DNA of 64,000 nt from Neovahlkampfia damariscottae (GCA_016618085.1 JABLTG010000110.1:1-64000), one strand, 5' to 3'. Positions 50,024 through 62,936 are shown, counted from the stretch's first letter. Program-made: numbers and translations. Notes: generated by a model from the letters alone, not told the origin.

Positions 50024-50367
50024 TATTTGCTAAAAATAAATAAGTTCGTTGAAAGATCTGATTGGTTATATTCTTTTTTTTTTCTTCTCAAAAGAACTTT
50101 ATTGGAAAGAAATTCGTCCATCCAATTAACACATAATTATGAAATATTACTCTGAATTTATTTACTCTTGGTAAATAGTGAACAAAAGTTATTTAATTTT
50201 TTTTGCAGATTTTCTTGTTTTGATTTTGAAATTTGTGTTGATTTGGATATTTTTTCAACATACCTAGGGTGTCAAATACTCGTCGACACTTGAATAAATA
50301 ATGTGTTGACAAGAATCCAATAAAATGACTGAAACCTTCAAAGAAAAATTGGACCAATTACAATAAA

Positions 50368-51041
50368 ATGAAAATTCCAAAAGCAAAGCGTAGAAAAGTT
50401 GATTTAGAAGATTCATCTAGAAAAGAAGAAGAAAATAAAATAAATTCCACTTTACAAAGAGTCGAGGAGGAAGAATCCATTCCAAAAAAAAAAGAAAAAC
50501 CTGAAACACCTTTAAGTCGTTCACAAAGAAAAAGAAGAAAAAAAATAGAAAGACAAAAAATATCAGAAAATTTAAAAGAAAGACTTGAAGAACAAAATAA
50601 TCCAAAAACTGAAAAAAAGAGCAAAAAAGAAAAAAAAAAAAAAAAATATGCTTTGAGTTTGGATGACTTGGATGATGCATTGGATCAAGTTGAATTTAAA
50701 AAAGAAAGAGTTGAAAATCCAGCTAGAAGAACTACCAAAAAAATTATGCATCAAACGTAAGACTTTTTTAAAAAAGTTTTTTTTAACATTATTTCACATA
50801 AAGACAAAAGGAGATTAATCAATTGGAGAATATTTTCAAAATGGACATTTTTCAACAAAAACCTGTAGAGGTCATGCAACAACATTTGACAAATACAGTA
50901 AAGCATAAATTATCAGAAGACGCCTTGAAAAAAAGAAGAAAAATAAAAATTATAAAAAGAGAAAGAGCAGTTGATCCAAAACAAACGATAACCAAAACAG
51001 CAGGAAAAAGAAAAAGAGATGATGACATGATGGAGGAATAA
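50368..51041 (+). CDS. Basic low-complexity protein, SLX9/FAM207A-like ribosome biogenesis factor
   Basis: LSRSQRKRRK, DLDDAL, and after the intron ..IFQQKPVEVMQQHLTNT resemble the SLX9 family. Confidence 0.5.
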
Positions 51042-51126
51042 AAGTTTTTTTTAGTTTTCTGAAGCTTTTGAAAATAGAAGGATTTTTTATTGGTGGAAAT
51101 CAACTGTTTGTTTTTTTTTGGTTTCA

Positions 51127-53778
51127 ATGAAGTGGTCAAAATTACAGTGTAATTTTGAATCAGAACCACCTCCATTAACAGGTCACTCCTTGCAATCTAT
51201 AAGATATTTGGAGGATCCAGATAATTATACCATGATTTTTATTTTTGGAGGAATAACAGAAAAATCAATTTATTCAAACATAATTTATACCATAAAAATA
51301 CGTAAGGAATACAAAAAAAAAGTAAAAAAAAAAGCTGACGATGGTGAGTCTATTTTCGGAACAGTTTCAGAAACACAAATTGGTTCTTTTCATCAAGTTG
51401 AAAATTTAAATGCAAAACTGAAACCAGAAGGTAGAAATAAAACATCAATGTGTACTTTCAAAATTATATTTCAAAAAAATGAAGAAAAAGAAGAAAAAGT
51501 TAAAAATTTTTATTCCTTGATTTTGTTTGGTGGAATGAACGAGAACAAAAAATTACTGAATGATACTTGGATACTGAATGCATCTCCAGGAGAAATGTGT
51601 TGGATTAAACCAAAATTTCAAACAAATTCAAAACAACCAAAGGAAAGATTTGGACATACAATTTGTAAACATGAAAATAAGCAACAATTGAACATATACT
51701 TATTTGGAGGATATAATGGAAATGAATATTTCAATGATATCTGGATGTTTAAAGAAACAAAAGAAGAAGGTGTTTTTGAATGGTTGGAGATTAAAGGAAT
51801 ACCAAGATTTGTAGATGAAGATCCTTTATGTATTTATGAAAATGAAATAAAACCCTGTGGTAGATTTGGTCATTCTTCAGCTATTGTTAAAAACTCAATG
51901 TTGATCTTTGGAGGGATGAATGAATATGAAAGATTAGGAGATTTATGGAGTTTAGATTTATTGACAAAACGTTGGTTAAAATTGAATTTCACTGGAATAC
52001 CACCTTCACCAAGATATGATCATATTGGTATTTCAATAGCAAATCAAGATTTAAGGAAAGAAAAATATATGATTATTTTTGGTGGTAATACAAAGAAGAG
52101 TAAAAAATACTCAAATGAAATTTTTGCATTTCATTTAGATGAATTATTATGGTTAAATTTACAACAAAATGGCGAAGAAAATGAATTAAAAGGAAGAACT
52201 TCTTGCAGTGGTTCATTATTTCAAAAAGATAAAATTTTAATTTTTGGAGGTTTATCAAAAACAAAAAGAAATATTGTTCAAAGAATGAATGATTTCTGGT
52301 GTTATGATTCGGAATTAGAAAAAGATAAAAAAAAGAGAATTGGAAGTTATTGGATTGATGGATCAAGAAAACCATTAGGATCTGGTGCTTTTGCAACTGT
52401 TTATCGAGCAAAATCTGATGATCATAAAGACACCAATGAATATGCTCTAAAAATGATGAATTTAGAATTTGATAAAAGCAAAGATTCTGTTGTCAATGCA
52501 GATATTTTACTATCGGAAATTCAAGTTTTGATGAAATTGATTCATCCAAATGTCTTAACTTTGAATGATTCATTTTTAGATGAAGATAAAACACATTTTA
52601 GTATTGTCATGCCTTTATGTGATCGAGGATCATTAACTGAATTCATTAAAGATAAAAAAAATAATTTGTCAGAAATGGAATTACTTGATTTGATTGTTCA
52701 ATTTTTAAATGGAATTTCTTATATTCATAACAAACAAGTTATTCATCGGGATATCAAATCGGACAATATTCTATTGAAAACTGAAAAAATAAATGACCAA
52801 GAAAGAATTTTTGTTAAAATTGCTGATTTTGGATTGGCTGCTGATGCTGCAAATGATGAAAATTTAAATATAGCAGGAACTCCAGGACATATTGCTCCAG
52901 AGGTTACCTGGCAAAAATCAAAATATGGTGTATCATCTGATTTATGGGCTGTTAGTCTTGTTATTTTTTACACATTTTTTACACCAATCGCTAAAAAGAA
53001 AAAGGAATTTAAGAATTTCAAAATTGAATCTGATCAAAAATTCAAGTTGAAAATATCAAAAACATCAAAAAAAGAAGAGATTGAAAAACAAGTTTCAAGC
53101 ATGATTGAACGAATGAAAACACTTTGGGATGCGACTACTTATAAATATAAAGATACTTATTGGAATTGGATGATGAATTGTTTGAAAATAAATCCTGAAG
53201 AAAGGCCAAAAGCAAATGATCTATATAATGAAGGTCTTTTAATTCTTCAAAAAGAAGAACCTGAAAAATATAAAACAACAACGATAACAGATCAAAAAGA
53301 ACCGGTCATTGAAAAATTAAACGTATTCAGTTGGTTGAAGACTCTCGGACTTGATAAATATTTCAAAAATTTTGAATCTAATGGATATGAAGATTTGAGG
53401 TTTTTAACAGACCTGAGTAAAGAAGACTTGAAAGAGATACGAATTGATGATGAAAATGATTTGGATTCCATCTTTGAATCGTTAAAAAGTTTTTCATTGG
53501 ATAAAGAACTATGCAAACGATTGGAGGAGAAAATTGTGTTAGATTTTTGGGATGTACCTTGTTGGTTGAAAAGTATAGGTTTATCAATGTATTGTTCAAA
53601 TTTTGATGATTGTGGTTTTGATGATATTGAATACATTTGGGAGAATGGATTGACAAATTTTGAAATAAAAGAAATTATTGGGATTAAATTATTGGGACAT
53701 TTAAAGAAATTACAATATTCTATTGAAGAAATGAAGAATATTTTATATAAAGAAGATGAAAAATTTGAATTAAAATGA
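51127..53778 (+). CDS. Kelch-repeat + Ser/Thr protein kinase + two SAM domains
   Basis: Repeated RFGH..lFGG..ND.W kelch blades; LGSGAFATVY, YALK, HRDIKSDN, DFG, APE; WLKTLGLDKY and WLKSIGLSMY..IGIKLLGHLKKL SAM domains. Confidence 0.9.
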   Translation: MKWSKLQCNFESEPPPLTGHSLQSIRYLEDPDNYTMIFIFGGITEKSIYSNIIYTIKIRKEYKKKVKKKADDGESIFGTVSETQIGSFHQVENLNAKLKPEGRNKTSMCTFKIIFQKNEEKEEKVKNFYSLILFGGMNENKKLLNDTWILNASPGEMCWIKPKFQTNSKQPKERFGHTICKHENKQQLNIYLFGGYNGNEYFNDIWMFKETKEEGVFEWLEIKGIPRFVDEDPLCIYENEIKPCGRFGHSSAIVKNSMLIFGGMNEYERLGDLWSLDLLTKRWLKLNFTGIPPSPRYDHIGISIANQDLRKEKYMIIFGGNTKKSKKYSNEIFAFHLDELLWLNLQQNGEENELKGRTSCSGSLFQKDKILIFGGLSKTKRNIVQRMNDFWCYDSELEKDKKKRIGSYWIDGSRKPLGSGAFATVYRAKSDDHKDTNEYALKMMNLEFDKSKDSVVNADILLSEIQVLMKLIHPNVLTLNDSFLDEDKTHFSIVMPLCDRGSLTEFIKDKKNNLSEMELLDLIVQFLNGISYIHNKQVIHRDIKSDNILLKTEKINDQERIFVKIADFGLAADAANDENLNIAGTPGHIAPEVTWQKSKYGVSSDLWAVSLVIFYTFFTPIAKKKKEFKNFKIESDQKFKLKISKTSKKEEIEKQVSSMIERMKTLWDATTYKYKDTYWNWMMNCLKINPEERPKANDLYNEGLLILQKEEPEKYKTTTITDQKEPVIEKLNVFSWLKTLGLDKYFKNFESNGYEDLRFLTDLSKEDLKEIRIDDENDLDSIFESLKSFSLDKELCKRLEEKIVLDFWDVPCWLKSIGLSMYCSNFDDCGFDDIEYIWENGLTNFEIKEIIGIKLLGHLKKLQYSIEEMKNILYKEDEKFELK

Positions 53779-53888
53779 TCCAATAGAAAATGAATAATTT
53801 TTTTTGAATGAAAATCATGAAATTATTAAATTAAACAATGAATAAATTTTTGAAAATAAATTTAAAAAGTTCCACCAATCATTTTGAT

Positions 53889-55226
53889 ATGGAAGAAATT
53901 GACGAAGTTGATGCAGGATTTGCAAGACTTGATGAACTCTACAGCAAAGTAGATTCAGGTCCACTTGAAATTGATTTTGAAGAAGAAATAAACACTACAG
54001 CTTTAATCTTATGGATAATTGGAACAAAAACACTTGAAACACTTATTTTGGTAAAACCAAATGAAGATGTATTAAAACTACTTCTACGTGAAATAAAAAA
54101 CTGTGTGCACGTCAAAAAATTAACCCTTGCAATGTATGATTCAAAAATTTGTTCATCAAAATTTTTAAAAAACTACTTGGAAAAAAATACATGTCTGAGA
54201 AGTTTTTTTTTGAACTCTGAGAATTATTCTGATTTTTCACCTGGTTTAGAGCAAGGATTAGAAAATAACACACGTTTAAAAGAAATTTCTTTAGGAGGTT
54301 TTTCTTTCCAAGAAAGTACCATGGATTTAACAAATGCAATTACAAAAAGTAAAGTTGAAACAGTGATGCTTTTTCCTAATGAAGATTGGGAAGCACTTGG
54401 AGATTCATTTGATGAAGAAAAAATCTCAGAAAATAACAGTATCAGAAAAATTACTTTTGATTCTTATTCCATTGTAAATTCAAGGTCTTTGGAATTATTC
54501 ATCAAAAAGATGAACAATTTGAACAATTTGACTTTGACGGACATTGAAATATCAGACATTACACCGATTATTGAAACGTTATTGACGAAAAGTTTAAACA
54601 AATTGGATCTCTCATCAACCTATATAGGAGACACAGGAGCAACAGTCCTCGGAAATTTTCTTGAAACTGATACCAACTTGGATACTTTATGTATATCCAA
54701 ATGTAGTGTTGGCTATGAAGGCTTTAAGTCACTGATGAACAGTTTATCAAAAAATTCAACTTTAAAATCATTGGATATCTCTGATAATTCTCAGAAAAAG
54801 GAATCAATTGAATGTATAGGAAATTATTTAAAACAAAATAACACATTGGAGACACTGACATTGGAGGTAACTGATCACATTGATATCCTATTGGATGCTT
54901 TGTGCACCAATACACATCTTTGTGAAGCATTTTTTACGTATTGCAAAGTGAAGAATCTATCCAGTTTATATCGTGTTTTGATGGAAAATAGATCATTGCG
55001 TGATCTTGAAATTACTTATCCAACAAAGGAAAGAATTTTCAGACGAGTTCTAGAGGCACTTGAATTTAACACAACCCTTTTGGATTTTCAATTGAAAAAT
55101 GATCAAATACAAAGATATTTGAAATTTAATAACAATTCTTTCAAAATTCATGAACATTTTCATTTTTTCAAATCGGCGTTGATGGAAAAAAATCTTGATA
55201 AAAATATTTTTTTCAAGTTTCAATAA
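53889..55226 (+). CDS. RNI-like leucine-rich repeat protein
   Basis: L..N.TL..LDlS.N/IG..G repeats. The ORF opens at 53838, but the CCAAT box at 53875 favours ATG 53889. Confidence 0.85.
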   Translation: MEEIDEVDAGFARLDELYSKVDSGPLEIDFEEEINTTALILWIIGTKTLETLILVKPNEDVLKLLLREIKNCVHVKKLTLAMYDSKICSSKFLKNYLEKNTCLRSFFLNSENYSDFSPGLEQGLENNTRLKEISLGGFSFQESTMDLTNAITKSKVETVMLFPNEDWEALGDSFDEEKISENNSIRKITFDSYSIVNSRSLELFIKKMNNLNNLTLTDIEISDITPIIETLLTKSLNKLDLSSTYIGDTGATVLGNFLETDTNLDTLCISKCSVGYEGFKSLMNSLSKNSTLKSLDISDNSQKKESIECIGNYLKQNNTLETLTLEVTDHIDILLDALCTNTHLCEAFFTYCKVKNLSSLYRVLMENRSLRDLEITYPTKERIFRRVLEALEFNTTLLDFQLKNDQIQRYLKFNNNSFKIHEHFHFFKSALMEKNLDKNIFFKFQ

Positions 55227-55275
55227 AAATTACAACTTTTTGACAGATCGAAAATCTTTTAAAATATACAAAAAT

Positions 55276-56752
55276 TTATTCAACAGTTTTAATTAATGGT
55301 GTTCTAAATCCTGAAAATCCAGCAACTGAACAATCAATTCGATCTTGAAACTGTTCCAAGTGATTATAATGATGAGATAAGCATTCCCAAAAACTTTCAT
55401 AACAAGTATATTTGACATTATATTCTTGACATGTTTCTTTAAGTAATGGTAAAATTGCTTCGTAATGTTGTGGTGATATTGATGGAAATAAATGATGACA
55501 AACTTGATAATTCAAATGTCCTGATAAATATGTCCAAAATCTTGAATCAGTTGCATAATCACATGATGTTCTAACTTGCATTTCACCCCAATCTTCTTCA
55601 ATTGGAGTATCAGCTGGCCATTCTAAATCATCAACAATATGTGAAATTTGTGAAAAATGTCCGAATAAACACCCTGCAGTTAGTTCAGTCACGAAAAATA
55701 AAGCAATAGCTAAATTGAGTGACATTCCAAAATAAACTGGTAAAATGATTCGATGTAAGAAAAATGCAAATTTGAGTCCGAGAAATCTGAAAGTTGCTTC
55801 AATTTCTGTATCGTTGATTTTTACTTGTTCCATTGCACCTCTGAAAAAACTGAAAAAGTCATCAATTTGAATTGAAGTAACAACTGTAAAATAAGCAATT
55901 TTTTGAGCCCACATTGGCATAACAATGTGTTTCGTTCTATATGGCATAATTTCCTCTTTTGGTGATGCTTTATAAATTCCGATATCAGGATCGATTCCTG
56001 AGACATTTGTGAATACATGATGTCCAAAGATGTGTCTATGTTCCCAAATGGTACTAATTAAAAGATTAGTTTTTTCATTTTTTTGTTACTCTGAAACGCC
56101 AAGAAGAATACCACCAACAAAACCCATTACTGACCAAACAATTGGATATCTCGAAAAACAACCATGTGAAACATCGTGTCCACTATGAACCATCATTAAA
56201 TGATGGAAAATACCTGCAGCAACAGCAGCCAAAATTTTGTAAAGAAGTCTTATATTACTATACATGCTGAAATAGTAAGCAATTAAAATTCCAACAAAGA
56301 TAAAAATTGTATTGAAAATTGTGAACATATCTAAACGTCTACAATCCTTAATATCATTTTCCTTGAAATACGTTTCAACTTTTTGTTTCAAAGCTAAAAA
56401 TTAAAAATGTTGAAAAAAATATCTTACTTGAATAGAATCCTGTTTTCACAGAGTAGATTGGAAACTTATTTGAAATCAAATTTCCAACTTTTGGACATGA
56501 TTTTGTTCCAAAAATATGAATACTTTGTGATTTGTGATATGAAATAAACAAGTCTGTGATATCTTTACCACCGGATGAATTTATAATTGCTTCTCCTCCA
56601 GGATGTACTTTAGCCCATTCAGTTGCATCATATACTGAACCTTCAAAGCTGACCAATAAATCACCAGGTTGATTATGTTCTTCAACTTCTTCCCATGTGT
56701 AATTTGGAAATTCATCTGTTGTTGTTGTTGTTGTTGTTGTTTGTGTTTCCAT
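55276..56752 (-). CDS. Cytochrome b5-fused front-end fatty acid desaturase (copy 2)
   Basis: HPGG, HDVSH, HRHIFGHH, QVCHHLFP; same two intron positions as copy 1; (ACA)n poly-Thr near the N-terminus. Confidence 0.93.
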
Positions 56753-56969
56753 TTTGTTGTTTTGTTGAATTGACAAATCAATTTGATCTCGGTTAAATAA
56801 CTTTTTCTCAACAGACAAATTCCATTTCTAATTGGTCAAACCAATTTTTTTTTTTCTTTCTGTTCTGGACATTATTCGACCAATGAAATCAAATTGTGTT
56901 TTTTTGTGTTTTTTATGAATTTAACTGAAAAATAAATCTGTTTTTTTTTTTTGGTAAGATTTTGTTGGT

Positions 56970-59900
56970 TTATTTTTGGTTTAAAAAATCTTCTTCTGGA
57001 TCTGAATGATGACTTTCATCTTCACTCATTTCTGAGTCAGAAGAACTTTCACCAATGTTTTGGTCATCAATATCTTCTACATAAAATTTTGTATCTTTTC
57101 CATCATCACATTTTAAATAAAATACTTTGTTTCCATTGGAAGCAAGAAAACGTCCAGCTGTAAATAAAGTGATACCATCAGATGTTTCTTTCACTTGAAA
57201 AGTCGATGAAGATTTAATATTCAAATCAAATCCCAACTTATTCGAAAAGGTCAATAAGGATCCTTTTCTTCCAACAGTGAAAACAGAAAATTGATTCATC
57301 TCAGAAGCACAAAGTTGTCTTTGTCTATTAAGAGTGATATATTTTCCTAATTTTGATTTGAATGCTATTTGATTTCCATTTTTGAAAATCAAATCACTGG
57401 AAACAGATTGAATGGAAAATCTACTGTTCCAAACATTGTTGTCATCATACAGGACGGATTTTCCATTTTCTGAAATTCCAAGGTATTTGGTTTTTCCTTG
57501 TAATGAAATTCCTTTGTTTTCTTCTGTCAAGAAAAATTCAATATCGGTTGAATCTTCGGCATGAAGATATTTTCCATTGGACAATAATTTGAATTTAAAA
57601 TACTCGCCTGCTCGTTCAACTTTGTATTTACAATTGTCATGTAGTGATTTATAAGGTACAGCGACACCATTTTCATATCCAAAATACGTATTATGAGCTA
57701 GAGATTTCATAGCGATGGTATCACCTTCAATGATCAAATCATAAATTGAATTTTCATCAACAAGAGATATGAACCACTTAGAAACTTTTTCAGAAGTCTT
57801 ACAACTGATTAATTTATTTGATTCACTCCAACCCATGTAGTCTCCTGTCTTTGGTGATTGAATAGTATATCCATTTTTCTCTGGATTTGGTAACGCGACT
57901 ACATCAAAGAAATCAGTATTTGAAGATTCTTCTTTCAAACAATTTGTATTTTTGAATTGAAATTTTCCATTTTTTTCAGTGATTGTCACAATCGTTGATC
58001 TTTCTGTTGATTCAACTGAAGTTAAAGTTGATCCTTCCCAATAACCACCAATAGCTGTTTTCAAGAAAATTCTTGATCCATTTTTTAACACTCCCACTGA
58101 TCCTATTTTTCTTTCTGGTTCTCTTGCATCTTTTACAATTGAAATTGAATCTCCTTTTTGGTATAACGTTACAGCTGGAGTCAGTGATCCAATTATATTC
58201 TTTGTGTAAGCAATACCTTGAGAAATCCCATTGAGATAAAATTCAATGGATTGTTTATCATGATCAACTGAAATACCAATAGAATCACCTTCAAAATATT
58301 TCGCACCATATAATTTTGCTACTCCATTGTGATACGACTTTCCATTTAACGAGTAATAAGAAAATGTTTGTTTTCCTTTTATAATAAAGGAATTATGATC
58401 ATTATGTTCTTCAGTATTTACAACACCTACCATGATATGATTTGAAACCGATTTATCAATTTTGACTTCAAAATAATTCCTTCCTTCTGAGAATGATTGA
58501 TTTGAATATGAAGTTGTTGCTGATTTGTCCTTTCCAGTATGGAAACAACTCATTCCATCTTTTGAAATATCAATCACATCCTTTTCTTTATCAATCCATT
58601 TCGCCTTTCCTGATTTTGATTTTTGTATAATTGGTTTCAGTTCGTTTTTTTTTTTGAAAAAATTGACATCATCTTTGTGAAGAAAGTAATCAATTGCTTT
58701 TGCATTCATTCGACGATAGTCTTTATATAAACAATTCGTATCTTCATTTGGAAGTGGGTGAACTCGATCAAGTTCAATCAAATCAATTGAATAGACTCTC
58801 AACCAAAATGGAGATTCATCTCCTTTATTGTATACAAATGGAACAATCATGTATTCACCATTTTCCAATTCTAACTCTGCAACAGATTCTCGTGACCAAG
58901 TGGCAACAGTTGATGCCACTTTGATTCCAGTAGTAATAATCTTCTTGCCTTCACATTTGTAAACTTGAAATCCGATCAAAATTGAATCATTTTTTTTGTT
59001 TGAAATCATACGTTTATCAGATTGATATAATGAAATTACAACTTCTTGTTTTGCTTTTTTACCGTTAACTAACAAATGATATTGTGGTAGTTCGTCAAGA
59101 TAACTTCCGTTTGTCTTCATCTTTGTTGAAAATGAACCATCAAACATTTGTTTCAGATATTGATCTCTAAAGAACACTCTACAGACACCAATGGTTGTCC
59201 AATATTGACAAAAATCATCATAACTCATAAAAAAAGAACCATCATTCCCAATTTTAAACCCAATTCTTTTTTTATCAGATTGTGAAACAGTATCCCATTT
59301 AGAGCTTGAATCACTCCAATCTTTGAGCCATTCACTTTTCCCCCATGGATTTCTTATTTGAATTAAACGTGTTTGGTTCACTTCACATGTTTGTAAAATA
59401 CCATAAGCATGTCCTGATAATAATCCAGTATCTCCAAAACCACTTTCATGTTTTACTCCTTTTGCAATAATAGCAGCGCCCTTTGATATCGATAAATAAT
59501 ATATTTATCTTACCATGACAATGTCTTCTCTATTTCCTTTGGATAAGAGGTTCCAGAGTTTATCATTTTTATTATCATCTTGTTTCACTTTAATTTTCCA
59601 AGCAATTCCACCTGTCAAATCGGCTAAACCCTCTTCTGTATGTCCTCCAATTAAAGCTCTGTAACCTCCATGAAGTTTAGCATATGCTTTTTCGCATAGA
59701 GCTGCCCAAAGTTCGTTGGGATTTAAACCTCTCGCAAAAGCTAATTTTGAATCCTTACTCACTGGTAAATAATCATCAATAACAATATTATTCCATTTCT
59801 CGTCTTTATAAAACCTACAACAAATTGTTCCATCAACACTGTCATCAACAAAAACATGTTTCTAAATTTTTTTTAATTTTTTTTTTTTACCATTAAAACT

Positions 59901-60341
59901 GGTGTTGTAGCAACTACAGACATTGCTCCAATAAACCAACAATCTCCTATTGATCCTTGACAGACATCACCAGCTTCTGAACCGTCAATAAAAAGTTCAG
60001 GTTTTGGTGAAATGTCTGAAACTCTTTTCCATCCAGTTACTTTTTTGATAAGTTTTTGAGAGTTTTTATCATTTTTTCCTCCTGTGAGTGAACTTGAAGC
60101 AGCAGGAAATTTTTTATCAGTGAAACTGATTTTGAAGTTAAAAAAAAAAAATTTACGGTTCGGAAGGTGCTTTTGATAAATCTGTCTGTTCTAAAATACA
60201 ATTTACTCCAGCATCAATGTCTTCATTGTCCCATATGTCTTCTTCATGGATAAATGTTTCATTCACGTTTTTTTCTTTTCTTGTTGGTTGTTTTTTTGAT
60301 TTTTTATCATATTCATAAAGAAAATACAGCTTTTTTCCCAT
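56970..60341 (-). CDS. Calpain (CysPc + domain III) fused to SPRY and beta-trefoil/fascin-like repeats
   Basis: QGSIGDCWFIGAMS (Cys), GHAYGIL (His), IRNPWG (Asn), EKAYAKLHGGY; SPRY YFEVKI..IMVGV..GDSIGI..FYLNG..TPAVTL; C-terminal IAMKS..YF / IAFKSKLGKYI repeats; three introns. Confidence 0.88.
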
Positions 60342-60964
60342 GAGAAGAACTTCTTGATGATTTGTTTGATGATTTCCACCAATCAATTCCCTACTACAGT
60401 GAAACTTGACTCATGATCAATTAGAAGTCAAACTCAACAAAACAACTTGAACTCTTAAAAAAAAAACCAAGAAAACTTTCAAGAAGATACGAATGTTGAA
60501 AATTAAAAGCAAAACTTTAATCAAAAGATGATTCTAAAAAAAATTGGGTTTCTCAAAAATCAGAAAAGATTGCTTTTTAAAAAAGAATTCAAGTAGAAGT
60601 AAAGAACCAAAAGTTGGAAACCGAAATTTAAGACTCAAAACAAGTTTTTGAGTTCAAACTTTAAAAGTTGAAAAAAAAAAAGAATTTTCAAAACTCATCA
60701 ACTTGAAATTGAAACCATTTATCAACAAGTGGGAGAATCAAAAAAAAAAGTAGAATCAAAATTTTCAAAAAGAATCAATGCTTTAACTCCAAAACTTAAT
60801 ACAGATCTTCCAGAAAAAAGAAAAGTGAAAATTACTGAAAAACTTGGAACTTTATCAAAGAACAACATCAAGATGCTTCAAAAATTCAACAAGTTCAAAA
60901 ATCAGAAAAAGTTAAAAACAAAAAATCTGAAGAAGAAATTGACTTTATTTACAAAACATTCTTT

Positions 60965-62073
60965 TTATTCTTTAATTTTAATGCAATTTTTTCCAACAGA
61001 CTTTCCTGCTTCAATATATTCAAAAGCTTCTTTTGTTTGTTCAAAATCAAAAACTTTATCCATTAAAGGTTTGATTTTACCTTCAGAAATCCATTTTGAA
61101 ATTTTTTCTAAATCAGCACCATTTGTTTTAATGAATGTATAACCATAGTCAACTGATTTGAAGTATGCCATAAGTCTGGTTTTTGCACTCATTGTATTTA
61201 ACAACATTGAAACAGTGTATCCAATTTCAAGACCTGCAGAAGCAACTGCTGAACTATCAGGTACTGTTGCAATTGAACGACATATACCACCATATTTTAG
61301 AATTGAAAAAGTTTTTTCTGCTTCTCCTGCTGTGTCTAAAAAAAATGTCAAAAAATGAATGTTGATTTTACCATAGACAAAGTCAATATCTTTCAATTTG
61401 GTTGTATAATCATCTTTAGTATAATCAATTACTTCATCTGCACCAAGAGATTTACAAATTTCAATTTTCTTTGTGCTACAAGTTGTAATGACGTGTAAAT
61501 CCATAACTTTTTTAGCATATTGAACAGCAAAAGAACCAGCACCACCAGCACCTCCAATAATTAAAACTTTATCTTTTGGTTTCAATTTAGCTGCTCTAAA
61601 TGCCTTAAAAAAATAAAAAAAAAAAAATTCACAAACTTGCATGCAAGTCATTCCAACTAATGGTATTCCTGCTGCTTCAACCATATTAATTTCAGTCGGT
61701 TTAATAGCTAAAAAACATTCATTCACCACAATTTCTTCAGCAATCGATCCAATTCTTCCATAAGGAGCACAACAAAATACCTAACAAATTTTATAAAAAC
61801 AAAAAATACTTCATCTCCTTTCTTAAATTTTTGAACTTTTTTACCAACATCTAAAATAACTCCACTAAAGTCATGTCCTAAAATTTGTGGAAATTTATAT
61901 GTCATGATGATTGAAGTCATTCCTGAACGAAATTTCCAATCTAAAGGATTCAGACTTGCTGCATGAACTTCTACCAATACATCAGTATCAGTTTCAAGTT
62001 TAGGTTTTGGAAAATCTTTGGAAATTTGAATTACTGAACTATCACCAAATTTTTCGATGAATGCTGCTTTCAT
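60965..62073 (-). CDS. NADPH:quinone oxidoreductase-like MDR-family enzyme (RTN4IP1/zeta-crystallin-like)
   Basis: VLVEVHAASLNPLDWK, LGHDFSG, FKKGDEV, GGAGGAGSFAVQYAK, LGADEVIDY; multi-exon. Confidence 0.9.
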
Positions 62074-62126
62074 ATTTTTAACTGCGGAGTTGCAAGTATT
62101 TCATTGGATAACTAAAAAACATCAGA

Positions 62127-62936
62127 ATGACAACACCAAACAAACTTGTATTCATCCAACACAAAAGTTCAAAAGATGACGCTGAAAATATTGTGCTTAT
62201 TCATGGAATGGACAGTTGTAAAGAGACTTGGACTGAAGTGATTGAATCAGAAAAATTAAAAGATTTTAACATTTTTGCTGTAGACCTTCATGGTCATGGA
62301 GAAACTCCAAATCAAAACGACACTTTTACAACAGATCAAATGGTTGCTGATATTCATGGTTTTGTTGTAGAACACTCCATTCCACCATTCTATGTTATTG
62401 GACACTCAATGGGCGCGAGAGTAGCAATTCCTTACTGTGCTAAATATCCAAAAGATGTAAAAGGTGTAATCATGGAAGATATGCATCTCACACCATTTCC
62501 AATTCCAAAAAAAGATCCAGAAGAATTAAAACAATTCAAAGATGTCATTGAATCTGAAGATGAATTATTCAGTCAATATAAAAAATACAATTACAGCGAA
62601 GATAGTGTCAAAAATTGGATTAAAGATGAAAGAATAAAATTAAGAGATGGTAAATATTATTGTGGAATTCGTCCTTATGTCACTTTTTCTGCTGCAAAAA
62701 ATTTACTTGGTACAAATGATGCGCATGATGCATTTGTTCAATTGGCAAAAGAAAATGTCAAAATTTTGGTATTACAAGCAGGGTCAGGGACCCCAATTAA
62801 ACCAGAGAGCATCGAAGAAATGAAATCTATCAATCCGAAAATTACCCACATCACAGTGAAAGATTCAACTCATTCAATTCATAAAGACAAATCACATGAT
62901 GAATTTATTTCAATTGTATCAAATTTTGTCAATTAA
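62127..62936 (+). CDS. Alpha/beta-hydrolase (ABHD11-like esterase)
   Basis: VLIHG, DLHGHGET, GHSMG nucleophile elbow, THSIH catalytic His. Confidence 0.9.
   Translation: MTTPNKLVFIQHKSSKDDAENIVLIHGMDSCKETWTEVIESEKLKDFNIFAVDLHGHGETPNQNDTFTTDQMVADIHGFVVEHSIPPFYVIGHSMGARVAIPYCAKYPKDVKGVIMEDMHLTPFPIPKKDPEELKQFKDVIESEDELFSQYKKYNYSEDSVKNWIKDERIKLRDGKYYCGIRPYVTFSAAKNLLGTNDAHDAFVQLAKENVKILVLQAGSGTPIKPESIEEMKSINPKITHITVKDSTHSIHKDKSHDEFISIVSNFVN

Noticed and set aside
50264..50310. TAGGGTGTCAAA resembling a hAT transposon end, with nearby short inverted repeats
   Set aside because: No matching opposite end or target-site duplication found.
60400..61142. Lys-rich ORF 60729-61142 and upstream A-rich coding-like sequence
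   Set aside because: Low complexity, many stops in all frames, and it overlaps the oxidoreductase antisense. At best a decayed coiled-coil gene.
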